Under the pieces are notes generated by a model. The model worked only from the letters and a program-made list of their open reading frames with translations, searched no databases and was not told the DNA's origin. The translations under genes and the position numbers were made by a program. Shown here one piece after another: positions 1-11,130 of a stretch of DNA of 24,612 nucleotides (the stretch's first letter is position 1; each line of letters opens with the position of its first letter). Source of the stretch: Tortispora ganteri (lineage: Eukaryota); the NCBI GenBank assembly GCA_003707115.1, contig PPNB01000030.1:62001-86612 (forward strand). Reading direction: 5' to 3'.

Positions 1-949
1 TCAGATCGACAGGTCGCGTCGTCTCATAGTCCACTTCATATTTTAGTACAGGGTATAGCGGTTCTAGTGCGCCAGGCGATAAACCACGCAAACATTTGAT
101 CAGTGGTGTTGCTCTCGTCGCAAACAGATTGCGTACAAACAAGTGGTAAGAATACCACTCAGAAGCTTTCACAAGCGTGTTCTCTTTAGGTTCAACAGCG
201 ATCAACACAGCACCATTTTTCTTCGGATAAAAAACATCTCCGAAATCCATCTCACTTACTTCAACAGGATCGCTGTCGCCGTAGTCGCAATCCTTTCGCA
301 ATGGCTCTGTTACCAGTACGGGTTTGATATCGGCGACAGTGTACGCTATAGCCGAAATTCGCGTCCTTTTAGTCGACCCAGGTGTCGAAAACAGAAGTTT
401 GGCTTCCCGAGGCGTGATCATTATAAACATCTTGACCCTTCCGAACTGGAATATCCAGTTCTTATAGCCAATGCAATTAATGTACTGAGACAACAGCTGT
501 GTGCCGCCCGATCCAGTCAAATTAGCTACAAACAGCATTTCCTTGTTATATTCAGGTCCAAACGGCATCTTCTGCAGCTGCATACCTTCTTCTGTCCATA
601 GCTGATCAAATGTCGACCATTTATACGGATCAAGAGGTCGCAGGTCGTACGAAGACGGATCCTGTGGTACTACCATTTCCTGCAGTACCTTATACACTTG
701 TGGATATATGTCCAGTAGCACATGTTTCCGTGGCCGCAGCATGTCATGTACAGCCTGCGATACGTAACCGTAGCTTGGGTACGCATCAAGCACTATAGTG
801 TCGCGACCATACCCATTCAGCACGCCGGACCTCTCGAGCGCCCGAACTACCAGATCAGAGTCAGTAATGTTAATACGCGTATATGCAGATAGATGACTGC
901 GTTTCAGTACATTACTCAGTTCATTGAATCGCGGTAGTCTCGCGCTCAT
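1..949 (-). CDS. MTF1: Mitochondrial transcription factor Mtf1 (mtTFB), 3' end outside the window
   Basis: Hand translation from ATG at 949 is open to the window edge: MSARLPRF...IVLDAYPSYG...LDPYKWSTF...FVANLTGSGGTQLLSQYINCIGYKNWIFQFGRVKMF...TPLIKCLRGLSPGA...RPVDL. This matches yeast Mtf1 motifs as I recall them (VLDLYPG, DPYDWSTY, VANVTG, CIGNKNWLYRFGKVKM, PIDL). It is absent from the ORF track, probably because no stop lies inside the window. Confidence 0.92.
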   Translation of the reverse strand, partial: MSARLPRFNELSNVLKRSHLSAYTRINITDSDLVVRALERSGVLNGYGRDTIVLDAYPSYGYVSQAVHDMLRPRKHVLLDIYPQVYKVLQEMVVPQDPSSYDLRPLDPYKWSTFDQLWTEEGMQLQKMPFGPEYNKEMLFVANLTGSGGTQLLSQYINCIGYKNWIFQFGRVKMFIMITPREAKLLFSTPGSTKRTRISAIAYTVADIKPVLVTEPLRKDCDYGDSDPVEVSEMDFGDVFYPKKNGAVLIAVEPKENTLVKASEWYSYHLFVRNLFATRATPLIKCLRGLSPGALEPLYPVLKYEVDYETTRPVDL

Positions 950-1579
950 GCCCCTTGTTCTGCCTTTTTCCTAGAAGTAGGATCAATAAGTAAGGGAAGA
1001 AAAATATTATAATAGAGCTTGGTCCCCGGTGAAAACGTTAATTGACCTAAAGCTTAAGTCCTTTTTGGGAGGAACCGTCTAGGTAGGGTAAGTTACAGGC
1101 TTGAGCATTGGTGATCGACCGAGCCGGCCGCAGCCGCCCATCCGGAGCATCCATAGAGTTCTTCATCTGCGCTCATACGCCATTATTTCTTTATTATTAA
1201 ACCCACTTATGCATTGAAATATTACTCAGTTTGCCTATTTTGGTCATTTTTTAAGCACTGCCGGCGACCAGCGCTGCGTGGTTTCTGTGTTCCGTTAGAT
1301 GCGGAAGAAGCTCGGCTGCACGTCCATAAAAGGAGGTAATTAAAGTTTTTTAAAGCAGGTGCCGGAATCTGGGGTATGCAAGGCATGTGAATGCATAGTA
1401 ATGAGTATACTGAGTCTAAAGCTACTCGCAGCACAAAAGTACGCCACTCACCGTATATATACAAATATGTGCAATCATTTAGCTCTTTGTAAACATTAGT
1501 TGACATTATAAGCCGGCACAAAACCGTTTGCCGTTCAATTGCCATGCTTCGGCTTTGTCGGTAATTAAACTCGGTAACT

Positions 1580-1780
1580 AATCATTGTGACCAATTAAAG
1601 AACTTTTTATTGGATAATCTACATAGCAACCATCATCCAACCATTGCAGCTGGATTAATATATATACAACCCAACTGCCATTTATAATAAGATCTTCTAC
1701 TTGGAAAGTCCTCCAACGCAGCACTTTTATTTTCCTCGTTTATTCTATCGCCTTTTTGTCATTAGAACATTGATTGGTTT
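1580..1780 (+). promoter_or_regulatory. ACO1 promoter elements (CCAAT boxes, TA-rich TATA-like tract)
   Basis: CCAAT/ATTGG at ~1591, ~1609 and ~1773, plus a TAATATATATA tract at ~1656, upstream of the ACO1 ATG. HAP/CCAAT regulation of aconitase genes is established in fungi; occupancy here is inferred. Confidence 0.35.
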
Positions 1781-1895
1781 GATATTCTCCTGTACGTCAT
1801 CCTATTGAAGTTTTAATTATCCTTAATTGCGATTTTTTTTCCTTCTTTACTCGACTTTAATTTCTAAACGACTAAGAGAAAAGAATTTCTAGAAA

Positions 1896-4247
1896 ATGCT
1901 TTCCGCTAGAATTCAACGCCCAGTAGTCCAAGCCGCTCGTAAGGGCGTCCGCGCTCTTGCCAGCGTTTCAGACGATCCGCGTGCCGCTAAGGTCCACATG
2001 AACAACTGGGAAGATCACACTTTTATCAACTACAAGAAAGATCTTGAGCGTGTCAACATCGTTCGCGATCGTCTCAAACGCCCTCTAACCTACGCTGAGA
2101 AAATTCTTTACGGCCACCTTGACGATCCACATGGACAGGAAATTGAGCGCGGTAAGTCTTACCTCAAGCTCCGTCCTGATCGTGTCGCTTGCCAGGACGC
2201 TACCGCTCAGATGGCTATCATGCAGTTCATGTCGGCCGGCATGCCCGAAGTTCAAACTCCCTCTACTGTTCATTGCGATCATTTGATTCAAGCTCAAATT
2301 GGTGGTGAAAAGGATCTTGCTCGAGCTATCGAAATCAACAAAGAAGTTTACGACTTTTTGGCCACTGCTTGTGCCAAGTACAACCTTGGTTTCTGGAAGC
2401 CCGGTTCCGGTATCATCCATCAGATTCTCCTTGAGAATTACGTTTTCCCGGGTGGTCTCCTCATCGGTACCGATTCTCATACTCCTAACGGTGGTGGCCT
2501 CGGTATGGCCTGTATTGGTGTTGGTGGTGCTGATGCCGTCGATGTCATGGCTGGTCTACCTTGGGAACTCAAGGCCCCCAAGGTCATCGGTGTCAAACTC
2601 ACTGGTAAAATGTCTGGTTGGACAGCTCCTAAGGATATTATCCTTAAGGTTGCCGATATCCTCACTGTAAAGGGTGGAACTGGTGCCATTGTCGAGTACT
2701 ACGGTGATGGTGTCAACTCTTTCTCTTGCACTGGTATGGCTACTATCTGCAATATGGGTGCTGAAATTGGTGCTACTACCTCTCTCTTCCCCTTCAACGA
2801 TCGTATGGCTGAATACCTCGCTTCTACTAAGCGCTCTGAAATTGCCAAGTTGGCTAAGGCTTACGGCCCTGAGCTCCTCGCTGCTGACGAAGGTGCCGAA
2901 TATGATCAATACATTGAAATCGATCTCAACACTCTCGAGCCTTACATTAACGGTCCTTTCACTCCTGATCTTGGAACTCCTGTTTCTAAGATGAAAGAAG
3001 TTGCTAAGGAACACGGATGGCCCACTGAGGTTAAGGTTGCCTTGATTGGATCTTGCACTAACTCTTCATATGAAGATATGTCTCGTGCCGCTTCCATTGC
3101 TCAAGACGCTTTGAACCACGGTATCAAGGCTAAGTCTTTGTACACTGTTACTCCCGGTTCTGAACAGATTCGTGCTACTATCGAACGTGACGGCCAATTA
3201 GAAGTCCTCGAGAAGTTCGGCGGCATGGTTCTTGCTAATGCTTGCGGACCTTGCATTGGTCAATGGGATCGTCGTGATATCAAGAAGGGTGAGAAGAATA
3301 CTATTGTCTCTTCTTACAACCGTAACTTCACTGGCCGTAACGACGGAAACCCCGAGACTCACGCCTTTGTTACTTCCCCCGATATTGTAACAGCATTGGC
3401 TATTGCTGGTGACTTGACTTTCAACCCTCTTACTGACAAGCTTAAAGACGCTGACGGAAACGAGTTCATGCTTGCTCCTCCTACCGGTGCTGGTCTCCCT
3501 GACCGTGGATACGACCCCGGCCGTGACACTTACCAGGCTCCTCCTAAGGACCGCAGCAGTGTTGAAGTTGTTGTTTCGCCTACCTCCGAGCGTCTCCAGA
3601 AACTCAAGCCTTTCAAGCCTTGGGACGGAAAGGATGCCCTTAATATGCCTATTTTGATCAAGTCTGTTGGTAAGACCACTACTGACCACATTTCTATGGC
3701 CGGCCCCTGGTTGAAGTACCGTGGACACTTGCAGAATATTTCCAACAACTATATGATTGGTGCTATTAATGCTGAAAACGGTGAGGCCAATAACATCCGC
3801 AATCAGCTTACTGGCGAATTCGGTCCCGTCCCTGAGACTGCCTTGTACTACAGAGACAATGGTGTCAAGTGGGTAGTTGTTGGAGGTGACAACTTCGGTG
3901 AAGGTTCATCTCGAGAGCATGCTGCCTTGGAGCCTCGCTACCTTGGTGGATTTGCCATTATTGCCAAGTCATTCGCCCGTATTCACGAGACCAACTTGAA
4001 GAAGCAAGGTCTATTGCCCTTGACATTCGCTGACCCCTCTGCCTACGACAAGATCAACCCTGATGACCGTGTCGATATTGTTGGCTTGACTGAGCTTGCC
4101 CCTGGAAAAAACTTGAAGTTGGTTATCCACCCCAAGGACGGTGCTGCCTGGGAAACGGAGTTGGCACATACCTACAACTCTGAGCAAATCGAATGGTTCA
4201 AGGCCGGATCGGCGTTGAACAAGATGGCTTCTCAGCACGCTAAGTAA
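1896..4247 (+). CDS. ACO1: Mitochondrial aconitate hydratase
   Basis: 783 aa with a basic N-terminal presequence, [24 protein letters not shown], 4Fe-4S ligand motifs LIGSCTNSS and [11 protein letters not shown], and [10 protein letters not shown]. Strong codon bias typical of a highly expressed gene. Confidence 0.98.
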   Translation: MLSARIQRPVVQAARKGVRALASVSDDPRAAKVHMNNWEDHTFINYKKDLERVNIVRDRLKRPLTYAEKILYGHLDDPHGQEIERGKSYLKLRPDRVACQDATAQMAIMQFMSAGMPEVQTPSTVHCDHLIQAQIGGEKDLARAIEINKEVYDFLATACAKYNLGFWKPGSGIIHQILLENYVFPGGLLIGTDSHTPNGGGLGMACIGVGGADAVDVMAGLPWELKAPKVIGVKLTGKMSGWTAPKDIILKVADILTVKGGTGAIVEYYGDGVNSFSCTGMATICNMGAEIGATTSLFPFNDRMAEYLASTKRSEIAKLAKAYGPELLAADEGAEYDQYIEIDLNTLEPYINGPFTPDLGTPVSKMKEVAKEHGWPTEVKVALIGSCTNSSYEDMSRAASIAQDALNHGIKAKSLYTVTPGSEQIRATIERDGQLEVLEKFGGMVLANACGPCIGQWDRRDIKKGEKNTIVSSYNRNFTGRNDGNPETHAFVTSPDIVTALAIAGDLTFNPLTDKLKDADGNEFMLAPPTGAGLPDRGYDPGRDTYQAPPKDRSSVEVVVSPTSERLQKLKPFKPWDGKDALNMPILIKSVGKTTTDHISMAGPWLKYRGHLQNISNNYMIGAINAENGEANNIRNQLTGEFGPVPETALYYRDNGVKWVVVGGDNFGEGSSREHAALEPRYLGGFAIIAKSFARIHETNLKKQGLLPLTFADPSAYDKINPDDRVDIVGLTELAPGKNLKLVIHPKDGAAWETELAHTYNSEQIEWFKAGSALNKMASQHAK

Positions 4248-4391
4248 CTTCTGTTTACGATCACGTAGTTGTTTAGATTATTTGAAGATATTTGATGCTA
4301 TATGCTTTTTATTTTATTTAGTGCTCCCTTTTTTAGTTCCCTTTTACTTAGCCCTAGGAAACTTAACTTCCTCCTAGCACTTGTCAATAGT

Positions 4392-5186
4392 ATGGAGGCA
4401 CCTTCTACTCATGCCGTAAAAGAGGCCGTGAGATCTAATGTGAGCTTTTTTAGATCTAGACTGCGGGAATTGCCACTTATCACGTGCGTAGTAGGTTCAT
4501 TGTGTACCGTTTTGACTCTTGCGGGGTGGTGCTACCGTCCCTTACGCGATTCTCTCATTTTAGACCCACTAAAGATCTTGGAGTTTGAGACATACCGCTG
4601 GAACACTTATATTTTTATTCATTTAGGGCTAGGTCATCTGATCATGGATTTGTTAGCACTTATGCCACTCCTCAGTAAGATAGAGACCGAGTATGGTTCT
4701 ATCCAGAGCATCATCATTCTACTGAATATGGCGACCTTCCCGGCGATTGCCTACACCGTTGTATCTCTAGCGTGCAACTTGAGTACGCGAGTCTCAGGAT
4801 CCAGTGGGGTAGTTTTCAGTATAATTGGCATATTTGCTATCCGAGAACATAAGGCTGGCAAGTTGCTGACCTTCGGTGACGTTACTATTCCAGCCTGGAC
4901 GTCTCCGCTCTTTTTACTGTTCCTAGTCGCCTTCGTAATGCCCAAATCCAGTTTACTCGGCCACTTATTTGGTCTCCTATACGGATACGCTTATGGTCTT
5001 GGATACGCGAGCAAGTTAAACGCACCAGACTGGATTCTGCAGAAAGTGGAATCAATCATACGCCCGCTGACGAGACGCGTAAAGCTTTACGTACCACATA
5101 AAGTGGCATCTGAGCTGCCTGTCCGCATGGAAATGCAGGAACGATCAGGATCTGGTGGAAGCAGGCTTGGTACTCTTGATGACTGA
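4392..5186 (+). CDS. RBD2: Rhomboid intramembrane serine protease, Rbd2/RHBDL4-like
   Basis: Multiple hydrophobic helices, YRW loop, HLGLGH, catalytic GSSG and GHLFG, and a C-terminal GGSRLG (SHP-box-like). ATG 4392 is preferred over 4302 because 4302-4391 is T-rich and resembles the ACO1 3' UTR. Confidence 0.85.
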   Translation: MEAPSTHAVKEAVRSNVSFFRSRLRELPLITCVVGSLCTVLTLAGWCYRPLRDSLILDPLKILEFETYRWNTYIFIHLGLGHLIMDLLALMPLLSKIETEYGSIQSIIILLNMATFPAIAYTVVSLACNLSTRVSGSSGVVFSIIGIFAIREHKAGKLLTFGDVTIPAWTSPLFLLFLVAFVMPKSSLLGHLFGLLYGYAYGLGYASKLNAPDWILQKVESIIRPLTRRVKLYVPHKVASELPVRMEMQERSGSGGSRLGTLDD

Positions 5187-5286
5187 ATTACATGAACTAA
5201 GGGGGCGCTATAGGCATATATACCTTGTTCTGATAGGAATATATAATGAGGCATAGACTATGTAATTAAGCTGAACACTATAGCTT

Positions 5287-6393
5287 CTAGTAGGAGATGT
5301 GAACGTATTCTTTTTCCTTCTGTTGGACTTTCTCCGAATCGGCTCCCTGGTGCAGGTAGATGTAGGGGCGCAGGTCTTGCAGATAATGGTCGGTCCATTG
5401 CTCAAGTGCATCGGGCGTAATGTCGAGATCAGCAAACGTTTTCGCGAGAGGATCTGGTAAATGGTCCAAAGTTTGGCGAACTAACTCATCGGGACATACA
5501 GTCGGCCACCACAAATATTGGCACGCTTTGGATATAGCCATAGCAATAGGCATGGGGAGGTTAATGCTAGGATGATTGCGGTGCGTAGCTTTCGCTACCA
5601 AATCAACACATTCGGCAACTGAGTATCCCTTAAGTGACCTGAGTTCATAAAGCTCACCGGCAGTAGAGTCATCGAATGCGATCTTGTATATGGCGTCTGC
5701 GACATCCCGCACGTGTGTCGGGTATACCACTTCTCTGTTTTCGTTTACGGTCATAACAGAAGCAGTAGAAGCCAAGCGGCTCAAAAATTGGTCCTTAAAT
5801 CCAAACATAGTTGCCGGTCGCACTATAGTAGCATTAGGTACAATTTCTTTGACCACTAGCTCACCCAAAGCCTTAGTACGGTTAAACTCAGAAGGCGATT
5901 CAAGGTCAGCGTTGAACGCCGATATGTGAATCAAACGAGAGACATTGTTGTTCGCACATGCTTGCGCAATTCGTTTTGCGCCTTCTACGTGGACATCACT
6001 GTATGAAAAATTCTTGGTCTCGTAAGTTCTGCCAATACAGTTGACGACGATGTCACTGTGTCGGACTGCCTGGTCAATCGATTCAACGTTTCTTAAATCC
6101 ATCTCCAGGAAATTCACAACACCAAGATCTCCTGAAACTTTCAGATGTCGTTTCTTCATCTCCTCTCTATAGGGAATAATCGTGATAGTGCCGTCTTCTG
6201 CGAATCTATGAGCTACATGCGTTCCAAGAAGACCACTAGCTCCAAATACAGTAGCCGTGAAGCCAGACCTCGATGAACGACCTCCAGGACCAGTACTCAC
6301 AATCGTCTTTCCAGCAAGCGTAACTGAAACATCTCTCTGGTAAAATCGACGCAATACTGGGGTTTTAAATCCAGTAAAAACAGGTCTACGCAT
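5287..6393 (-). CDS. NDUFA9: NADH:ubiquinone oxidoreductase 39/40-kDa accessory subunit (NDUFA9/NUEM, SDR fold)
   Basis: GGRSSRSGFTATVFGASGLLG NADPH-binding motif, HLKVSGDLG, HSDIVVNCIGR, ETKNFSYSDVHV and TIVRPATMFG, all typical of NDUFA9. Confidence 0.95.
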   Translation of the reverse strand: MRRPVFTGFKTPVLRRFYQRDVSVTLAGKTIVSTGPGGRSSRSGFTATVFGASGLLGTHVAHRFAEDGTITIIPYREEMKKRHLKVSGDLGVVNFLEMDLRNVESIDQAVRHSDIVVNCIGRTYETKNFSYSDVHVEGAKRIAQACANNNVSRLIHISAFNADLESPSEFNRTKALGELVVKEIVPNATIVRPATMFGFKDQFLSRLASTASVMTVNENREVVYPTHVRDVADAIYKIAFDDSTAGELYELRSLKGYSVAECVDLVAKATHRNHPSINLPMPIAMAISKACQYLWWPTVCPDELVRQTLDHLPDPLAKTFADLDITPDALEQWTDHYLQDLRPYIYLHQGADSEKVQQKEKEYVHISY

Positions 6394-6740
6394 GTTCGCA
6401 AGTATTCAGTCGCTGTGCAAGTATGAGTTCGAAGTGGTGTAATTGGTCGTTGAGTTGCTATGGCAATGAATTGAAGAATATCGCTTATTGTAGTAAGGGG
6501 TACGAGCATGGCTAAATTTATAGACTATTTAAGTGATATATACGCGCATAATGTACATTAATATTGACTGAAAATGCTTGTTTTTTTAATGTACTATCGT
6601 AGTGGTAGAGCACGCTGAGCAGTTCTTGACATTTCAAAATGGCCGATTATACCCACGTTAAATGACGAAGTCTAATCGATGAAATATCGTCTTTATAAAT
6701 AATAGGTGTATATGGCTACTTATGTATTAAGATATTATAA

Positions 6741-8499
6741 CTAAGAGTTGTTCTTGCCTGAATTGTACTGAGCGGTAAGTTCAGCCTGTTTCTTCAGGGT
6801 AGAAGGAGCATCGAGCTTCGGAATAACAAGTTCGACAAGTTGAATGACGTCAGCAGAATTGAATTGTTCATTTTTGAGCAGCGCATCGAGTTCACCTGCA
6901 GTAGAAATTTTGTAAGTTCTGGACTTTTCAGCATTGAAAGTGTCAAGAATACTTGTATACTTCCACATTTGAATGTCGTTATATACTGCTTCAGGTCCGT
7001 GGATCAGTCGCTCAATAGTGTATCCGTCATTGTTCAAAATGAACAAAATAGGTTTGAGCTTGTGGCGAATCATTGAAGAGATTTCCGTCACAGTGAGTTG
7101 AAGCGATCCATCGCCTACAAACAAGATAACGCGATCTTTAGGCGAATGTTCCGCAGCAGCTAATGCCACACCAAGACAGGCGCCGACTGAGTATCCGATA
7201 GATCCCCATAAGACTTGAGTGACAGCATGCACGTCAGATGAAAAGCGGGTTTGATTGATGCCAAAAGAGCTCGTGCCAGTTTCGGTGATGACGTGATCTC
7301 CAGGGCGCAAAAAGCTTCCAAGACGAGGCCACAAGTACTCGTGAAGGATAGGACCGTTCATATCAATAGAAGGTGGAGCTACAATAGGGCAGAGCGGGCC
7401 ATCTCTTAGCGGACGTTGAGACAATTTCGGGAGCAATTTAGCAAACACGGGTTTCATTTGAACGCCAGGAAACGATGCCAATTTAATTTTGATGTAGTTG
7501 GAATGAAGTTCAATGAATTTGACGCGGTCGATATGGTAAGAGAACGAGCCAGTATTGAAATCTGACAGAATTGCACCTACAGAGATGACTAGATCGGTTT
7601 TCTCTGCACGCTCTTTCACTTCAGGGTCAGACAATTCGCCGACGTACACGCCTGCGAAGAGCGGGTTCTGTTCATCAAACGAGGACTTGCCCATGGGTGT
7701 GACATAGACCGGTATCTGTGTCAGTTTGGCAAGACTAACGACCTCTTCAACGACTCGGTGGCGAGAAGTGCACGCATCAACAAGAATAGCAGGAGAAGTG
7801 GCATTGTTGATGAGCTGGAGGATCTCGTTGACGACATAGTCCTCGACTTCTGGATCATTCGGCGCGAGGCTCAAGTCTAACGGAGTGTCCAAAAGGGATG
7901 CAGGAACCTGCGCTTCAACGAGATTCGTGGGAAATCCGAGGTAGACAGGCTGAGCGCGTACCCAGCACGTACGAAGGATGCGATCGATCTCAGCTGGAGC
8001 AGAGTTGATGCTGTTGAGAATGGCCTGGTCGGCAGATATATCGCGCGACATATGGGAAAACACACTGAAATCTCCATTGCCGAGCGTGTGATGCAATACA
8101 GCATGCGCATCAGCCGAAGATTTCGCGGGAATTCCGACAATATGGACTACTCCAACGTGTTCAGCGTACGATCCGCCTACGGCGGCGAGCGCAGACAGCT
8201 CGCCTACACCAAAAGTAGTTATCAAGACTGCAATTCCGTGAGTGCGAGAATAACCGTCAGCAGCATAGCCAGCATTTAGTTCATTAGTATTACCGACCCA
8301 TTTCAAGTTATTAGCATCATCAATATGATCGAGCAAGGTCAGATTGAAATCGCCAGGGACTCCGAATATCTGTTGTTAGTGTGAGTAAAAAATGGAGAAT
8401 TGTGAAAATAGTATACTTATAAAGCATAATACGTACCGATTTGACACCTAGCTGTTCAATTCTTTTGAATAGATAAGTTCCTAGTGAAATTGTCGCCAT
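6741..8499 (-). CDS. PDC1: Pyruvate decarboxylase, two exons (8499-8437 and 8369-6741), 563 aa
   Basis: Exon 1 MATISLGTYLFKRIEQLGVKS splices in frame to IFGVPGDFNLTLLD. NELNAGYAADGY, TTFGVGELSA, LHHTLGNG, the ThDP motif GDGSLQ...NNDGYTIE and DAC (regulatory Cys region) are present. Paralog identity (PDC1 versus related decarboxylases) is inferred from these motifs. Confidence 0.93.
8370..8436 (-). other. Spliceosomal intron (67 nt, phase 0) in the PDC gene
   Basis: On the minus strand: 5' GTACGT ... branch point CACTAAC-AA-CAG 3'. Removing it restores the conserved PDC N-terminus. Confidence 0.93.
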
Positions 8500-8815
8500 G
8501 AATGTCTTTTTATGAGATCAGATCTTGTTCTAATGTACTTTAAATAGTGACGTTGAAGCAAATTTATTGGCTGATATTATGTCCCAACTCTAGATTAGGG
8601 AGTTGCGGCTCGCTTTGCAGCCTGGAATACTCGGCTCGGTCGGCAAAGTTCCTAATATGGGTTTTCTGAATATATATATAATACTGACAATTGGATATAA
8701 AAACATATATACAGTTAATACAGCTATGTTCTGGCTGTTAGTATTGGACGTTAGTGGCTGCTAATGGTTATTGGCCGCTTGATGTACTCATAGCAACCTA
8801 CACCACGCCATAACT

Positions 8816-9874
8816 ATGCTCAAGACCAACCGATTGAGAATTTTAGCGCGCCAAACGCGTCGCATTCACGTCGAACAATCACCTAGTGAATCGATACCAA
8901 TAGATATTAGTCCTGAACTTAAGAATGTACCTACATTGCACGGCTCAGGGCCCTTTGCTGCGTCTCCCAAGTTCACAGCTGTAGGTTCACCGGCTACACT
9001 CGTAAACATCAACCTACCGGCTTCTTCTAACTTATATGTACGCAAGGGCTCACTCGTGTCACTGAACGGAAATCTCAGAGATATAACCTCTACTTTGTCA
9101 TTCCTGAACCCTGTCACGCGTGGACTGACTGCCACGCCAACCTTGTATACAAAAATCACGAGCCTTAGTCCCGCAAACATCCTGCTCGGTTCCAGGTCCT
9201 CGGCATTCGACACATTTACGATCCTCTCACTAGATGGCCGTGCTGACTGGAAAGTCACACAAAGGTCTGGCGTATACGCGTGGTCGGGTTCTTCGCTCTC
9301 AGTGTCTACTAAACTTGACTCCAAAATGAACTTCGCCAATTGGGCCACTACACTGCTTTCTGGACGGGGACAGGTTGCACTGCTCGCAAAAGGGCAGGTA
9401 TATCAGATAAAAGTCGAAGAAGGAGAATCAATCGCAATCAATCCCCGTTCTCTTCTAGCCTACTCAACAACTCTCGCGCCAGTACGCGTTGTCCGTCTTC
9501 CATCACTCCGGTTCAATATTCCTACACTCAAATGGAGTCCCGACTGGCTCTCTGACATCCAGAATAACAACTTCGTCAAGTTTATGGGCCGCCAGTGGCA
9601 TGTCTTCCTGAACCTTGTTCGTCGCGCTACTGGCAAGGACACAATGATAGTTATTCCAGGACCATCAACTGTTCTCTTACAATCTAGGGGCTCTAAGCTT
9701 GCTGATTCGTTGTCTATTCGTGACATAGAAGACACAAAGTATGTTCCAGCTCCGCCCGATGAACCAGTTGCTGTTCCCATCAATTACAGGAAACCAGAAG
9801 AGGTAATGAAATACGCAACCGTTAACGAAGACGGAAATGTAAAGATGGAGAGCACTAAATCTTTCGTTAACTAG
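8816..9874 (+). CDS. AIM24: Altered inheritance of mitochondria protein 24-like
   Basis: 352 aa with an Arg-rich presequence, F..VGSPATLVNINLPASSNLYVRKGSLVSLNG, LDGRADW, SGRGQVAL, GESIAINPRSLLAY and GPSTVLLQS, the pattern of fungal Aim24. Confidence 0.85.
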   Translation: MLKTNRLRILARQTRRIHVEQSPSESIPIDISPELKNVPTLHGSGPFAASPKFTAVGSPATLVNINLPASSNLYVRKGSLVSLNGNLRDITSTLSFLNPVTRGLTATPTLYTKITSLSPANILLGSRSSAFDTFTILSLDGRADWKVTQRSGVYAWSGSSLSVSTKLDSKMNFANWATTLLSGRGQVALLAKGQVYQIKVEEGESIAINPRSLLAYSTTLAPVRVVRLPSLRFNIPTLKWSPDWLSDIQNNNFVKFMGRQWHVFLNLVRRATGKDTMIVIPGPSTVLLQSRGSKLADSLSIRDIEDTKYVPAPPDEPVAVPINYRKPEEVMKYATVNEDGNVKMESTKSFVN

Positions 9875-10002
9875 TTTAAGCAATGGGCAGAAATGAAAAG
9901 ATATATCTGACTAATACACATCGCTTCGTATATAAGACCTAGTACATTTTAGTGACCAGATACAGCGTTTAGTCGAGAAAGGTCAGTTCTATTAGTTATA
10001 CG

Positions 10003-11130
10003 TTATACTTGCTGCGCCCATAAATCCGCACCTAAGGAATCAACCCACGCTGTAACATTGGACACAGTTTTATCCCAAGAAACTAATCTGTCACGCATAG
10101 CGCCGATTTGCTCTGTGTTTAATATACGCGGTTGGATCCACGAAATTGTAACTGTCTGTGAGACTTGGTCAATAGAACCTTCGATGAGCTTAATGCTCAA
10201 TGCCTTCATTATTAGATGCTCTACCTGGTCAACGGGGATCTGGCAACTTTGAGCAATCAGCTCAAAGTCCAAGATTCGGTCCGTAGGTGGCCTAGAAAAT
10301 ACTGTCTCTACCAGCGCAGCCAAACATATTTTCTGTTTCAAGAACGGCAGCGAATTCTTCAAAATAGACACACTCTTAAGTTTGCTTGTCATATCTGTAA
10401 ACTTTGCAAGATCTCCAATATTAATAGCCACGAGTAAAGATTTGAGCCATTCTGTATCAGTGCCGTCCAACGCATTCAATATGGGGTGTAGTATGAGCTC
10501 ACCGAAATTGTAAATGTCGCCAAGCAGAGCGGCAATGCTGATATCGTAAGCTTCTTTGTATAACTCGTCTGCCGAAAGATCCTCTAACTGAATGCACGAC
10601 AGGTATAGCAAAGTAGTTCTATAGTAGCTGCTGAATTCTGCCTTGGCTTCGTGGTATTTAGCTGAAGCCTTATAGTAAGCGGCGTATATTCTAGGTTCCA
10701 CTGAATTAAAATGGTCTAGTATTTTAGATGCCTCATCAAGAGCCTTTTTCGCGTCTTTCAAATTACCTATTTGCAACTGCAGTCTTGCCTGCTCAATTTC
10801 ACCAAAAACAGTTGCCTCTTCAGTGAGCGCGCCATCAGTCAATTGTTTCATGAAAACAACCGCATCTTCGGGTTTAAGAACAGAAGTGGCTTTGATTCCG
10901 AGTTCGATTAATTTTAATTGATTGATTTTGTCTTTGAACGCCAAAACGACCGTCTCAAAGATATCCATACGGAAAGGCTCAGACTCGCGGATGTTCGATA
11001 GCTCAAGGAGAGCATCTGTAAGCTGATGCCACAGCTTTCGATCCCACAGATCTTCAATAGCATAGAATACACCTTGTAGGTCCTCAGGTGCCTTTTCTCG
11101 TAATTCAGCTAACTTCTCTTGTACGTCCAT
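10003..11130 (-). CDS. RPN9: 26S proteasome lid subunit Rpn9 (PCI domain)
   Basis: DLWDRKLWHQLT, KINQLKL, AALLGDIYNFGELILHPIL, LKQKICL and VEHLIMKALSIKLIEGSIDQV...ISWIQPR. Confidence 0.96.
   Translation of the reverse strand: MDVQEKLAELREKAPEDLQGVFYAIEDLWDRKLWHQLTDALLELSNIRESEPFRMDIFETVVLAFKDKINQLKLIELGIKATSVLKPEDAVVFMKQLTDGALTEEATVFGEIEQARLQLQIGNLKDAKKALDEASKILDHFNSVEPRIYAAYYKASAKYHEAKAEFSSYYRTTLLYLSCIQLEDLSADELYKEAYDISIAALLGDIYNFGELILHPILNALDGTDTEWLKSLLVAINIGDLAKFTDMTSKLKSVSILKNSLPFLKQKICLAALVETVFSRPPTDRILDFELIAQSCQIPVDQVEHLIMKALSIKLIEGSIDQVSQTVTISWIQPRILNTEQIGAMRDRLVSWDKTVSNVTAWVDSLGADLWAQQV

Noticed and set aside
143..798. Plus-strand ORFs 143-601 and 610-798
   Set aside because: Antisense shadows of MTF1.
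1222..1545. 107-aa minus-strand ORF in the MTF1-ACO1 intergenic region
   Set aside because: No recognisable motifs or coding-like composition; lies in promoter-like DNA.
6596..6655. tRNA-like TAGTGGTAGAGCA
   Set aside because: Resembles a D-arm/A-box only; no T-arm GTTCRA or acceptor stem.
8560..8775. Four ATTGG words in the PDC-AIM24 divergent promoter
   Set aside because: Irregular spacing and no shared flanks; ordinary promoter content unrelated to the 47-bp array.
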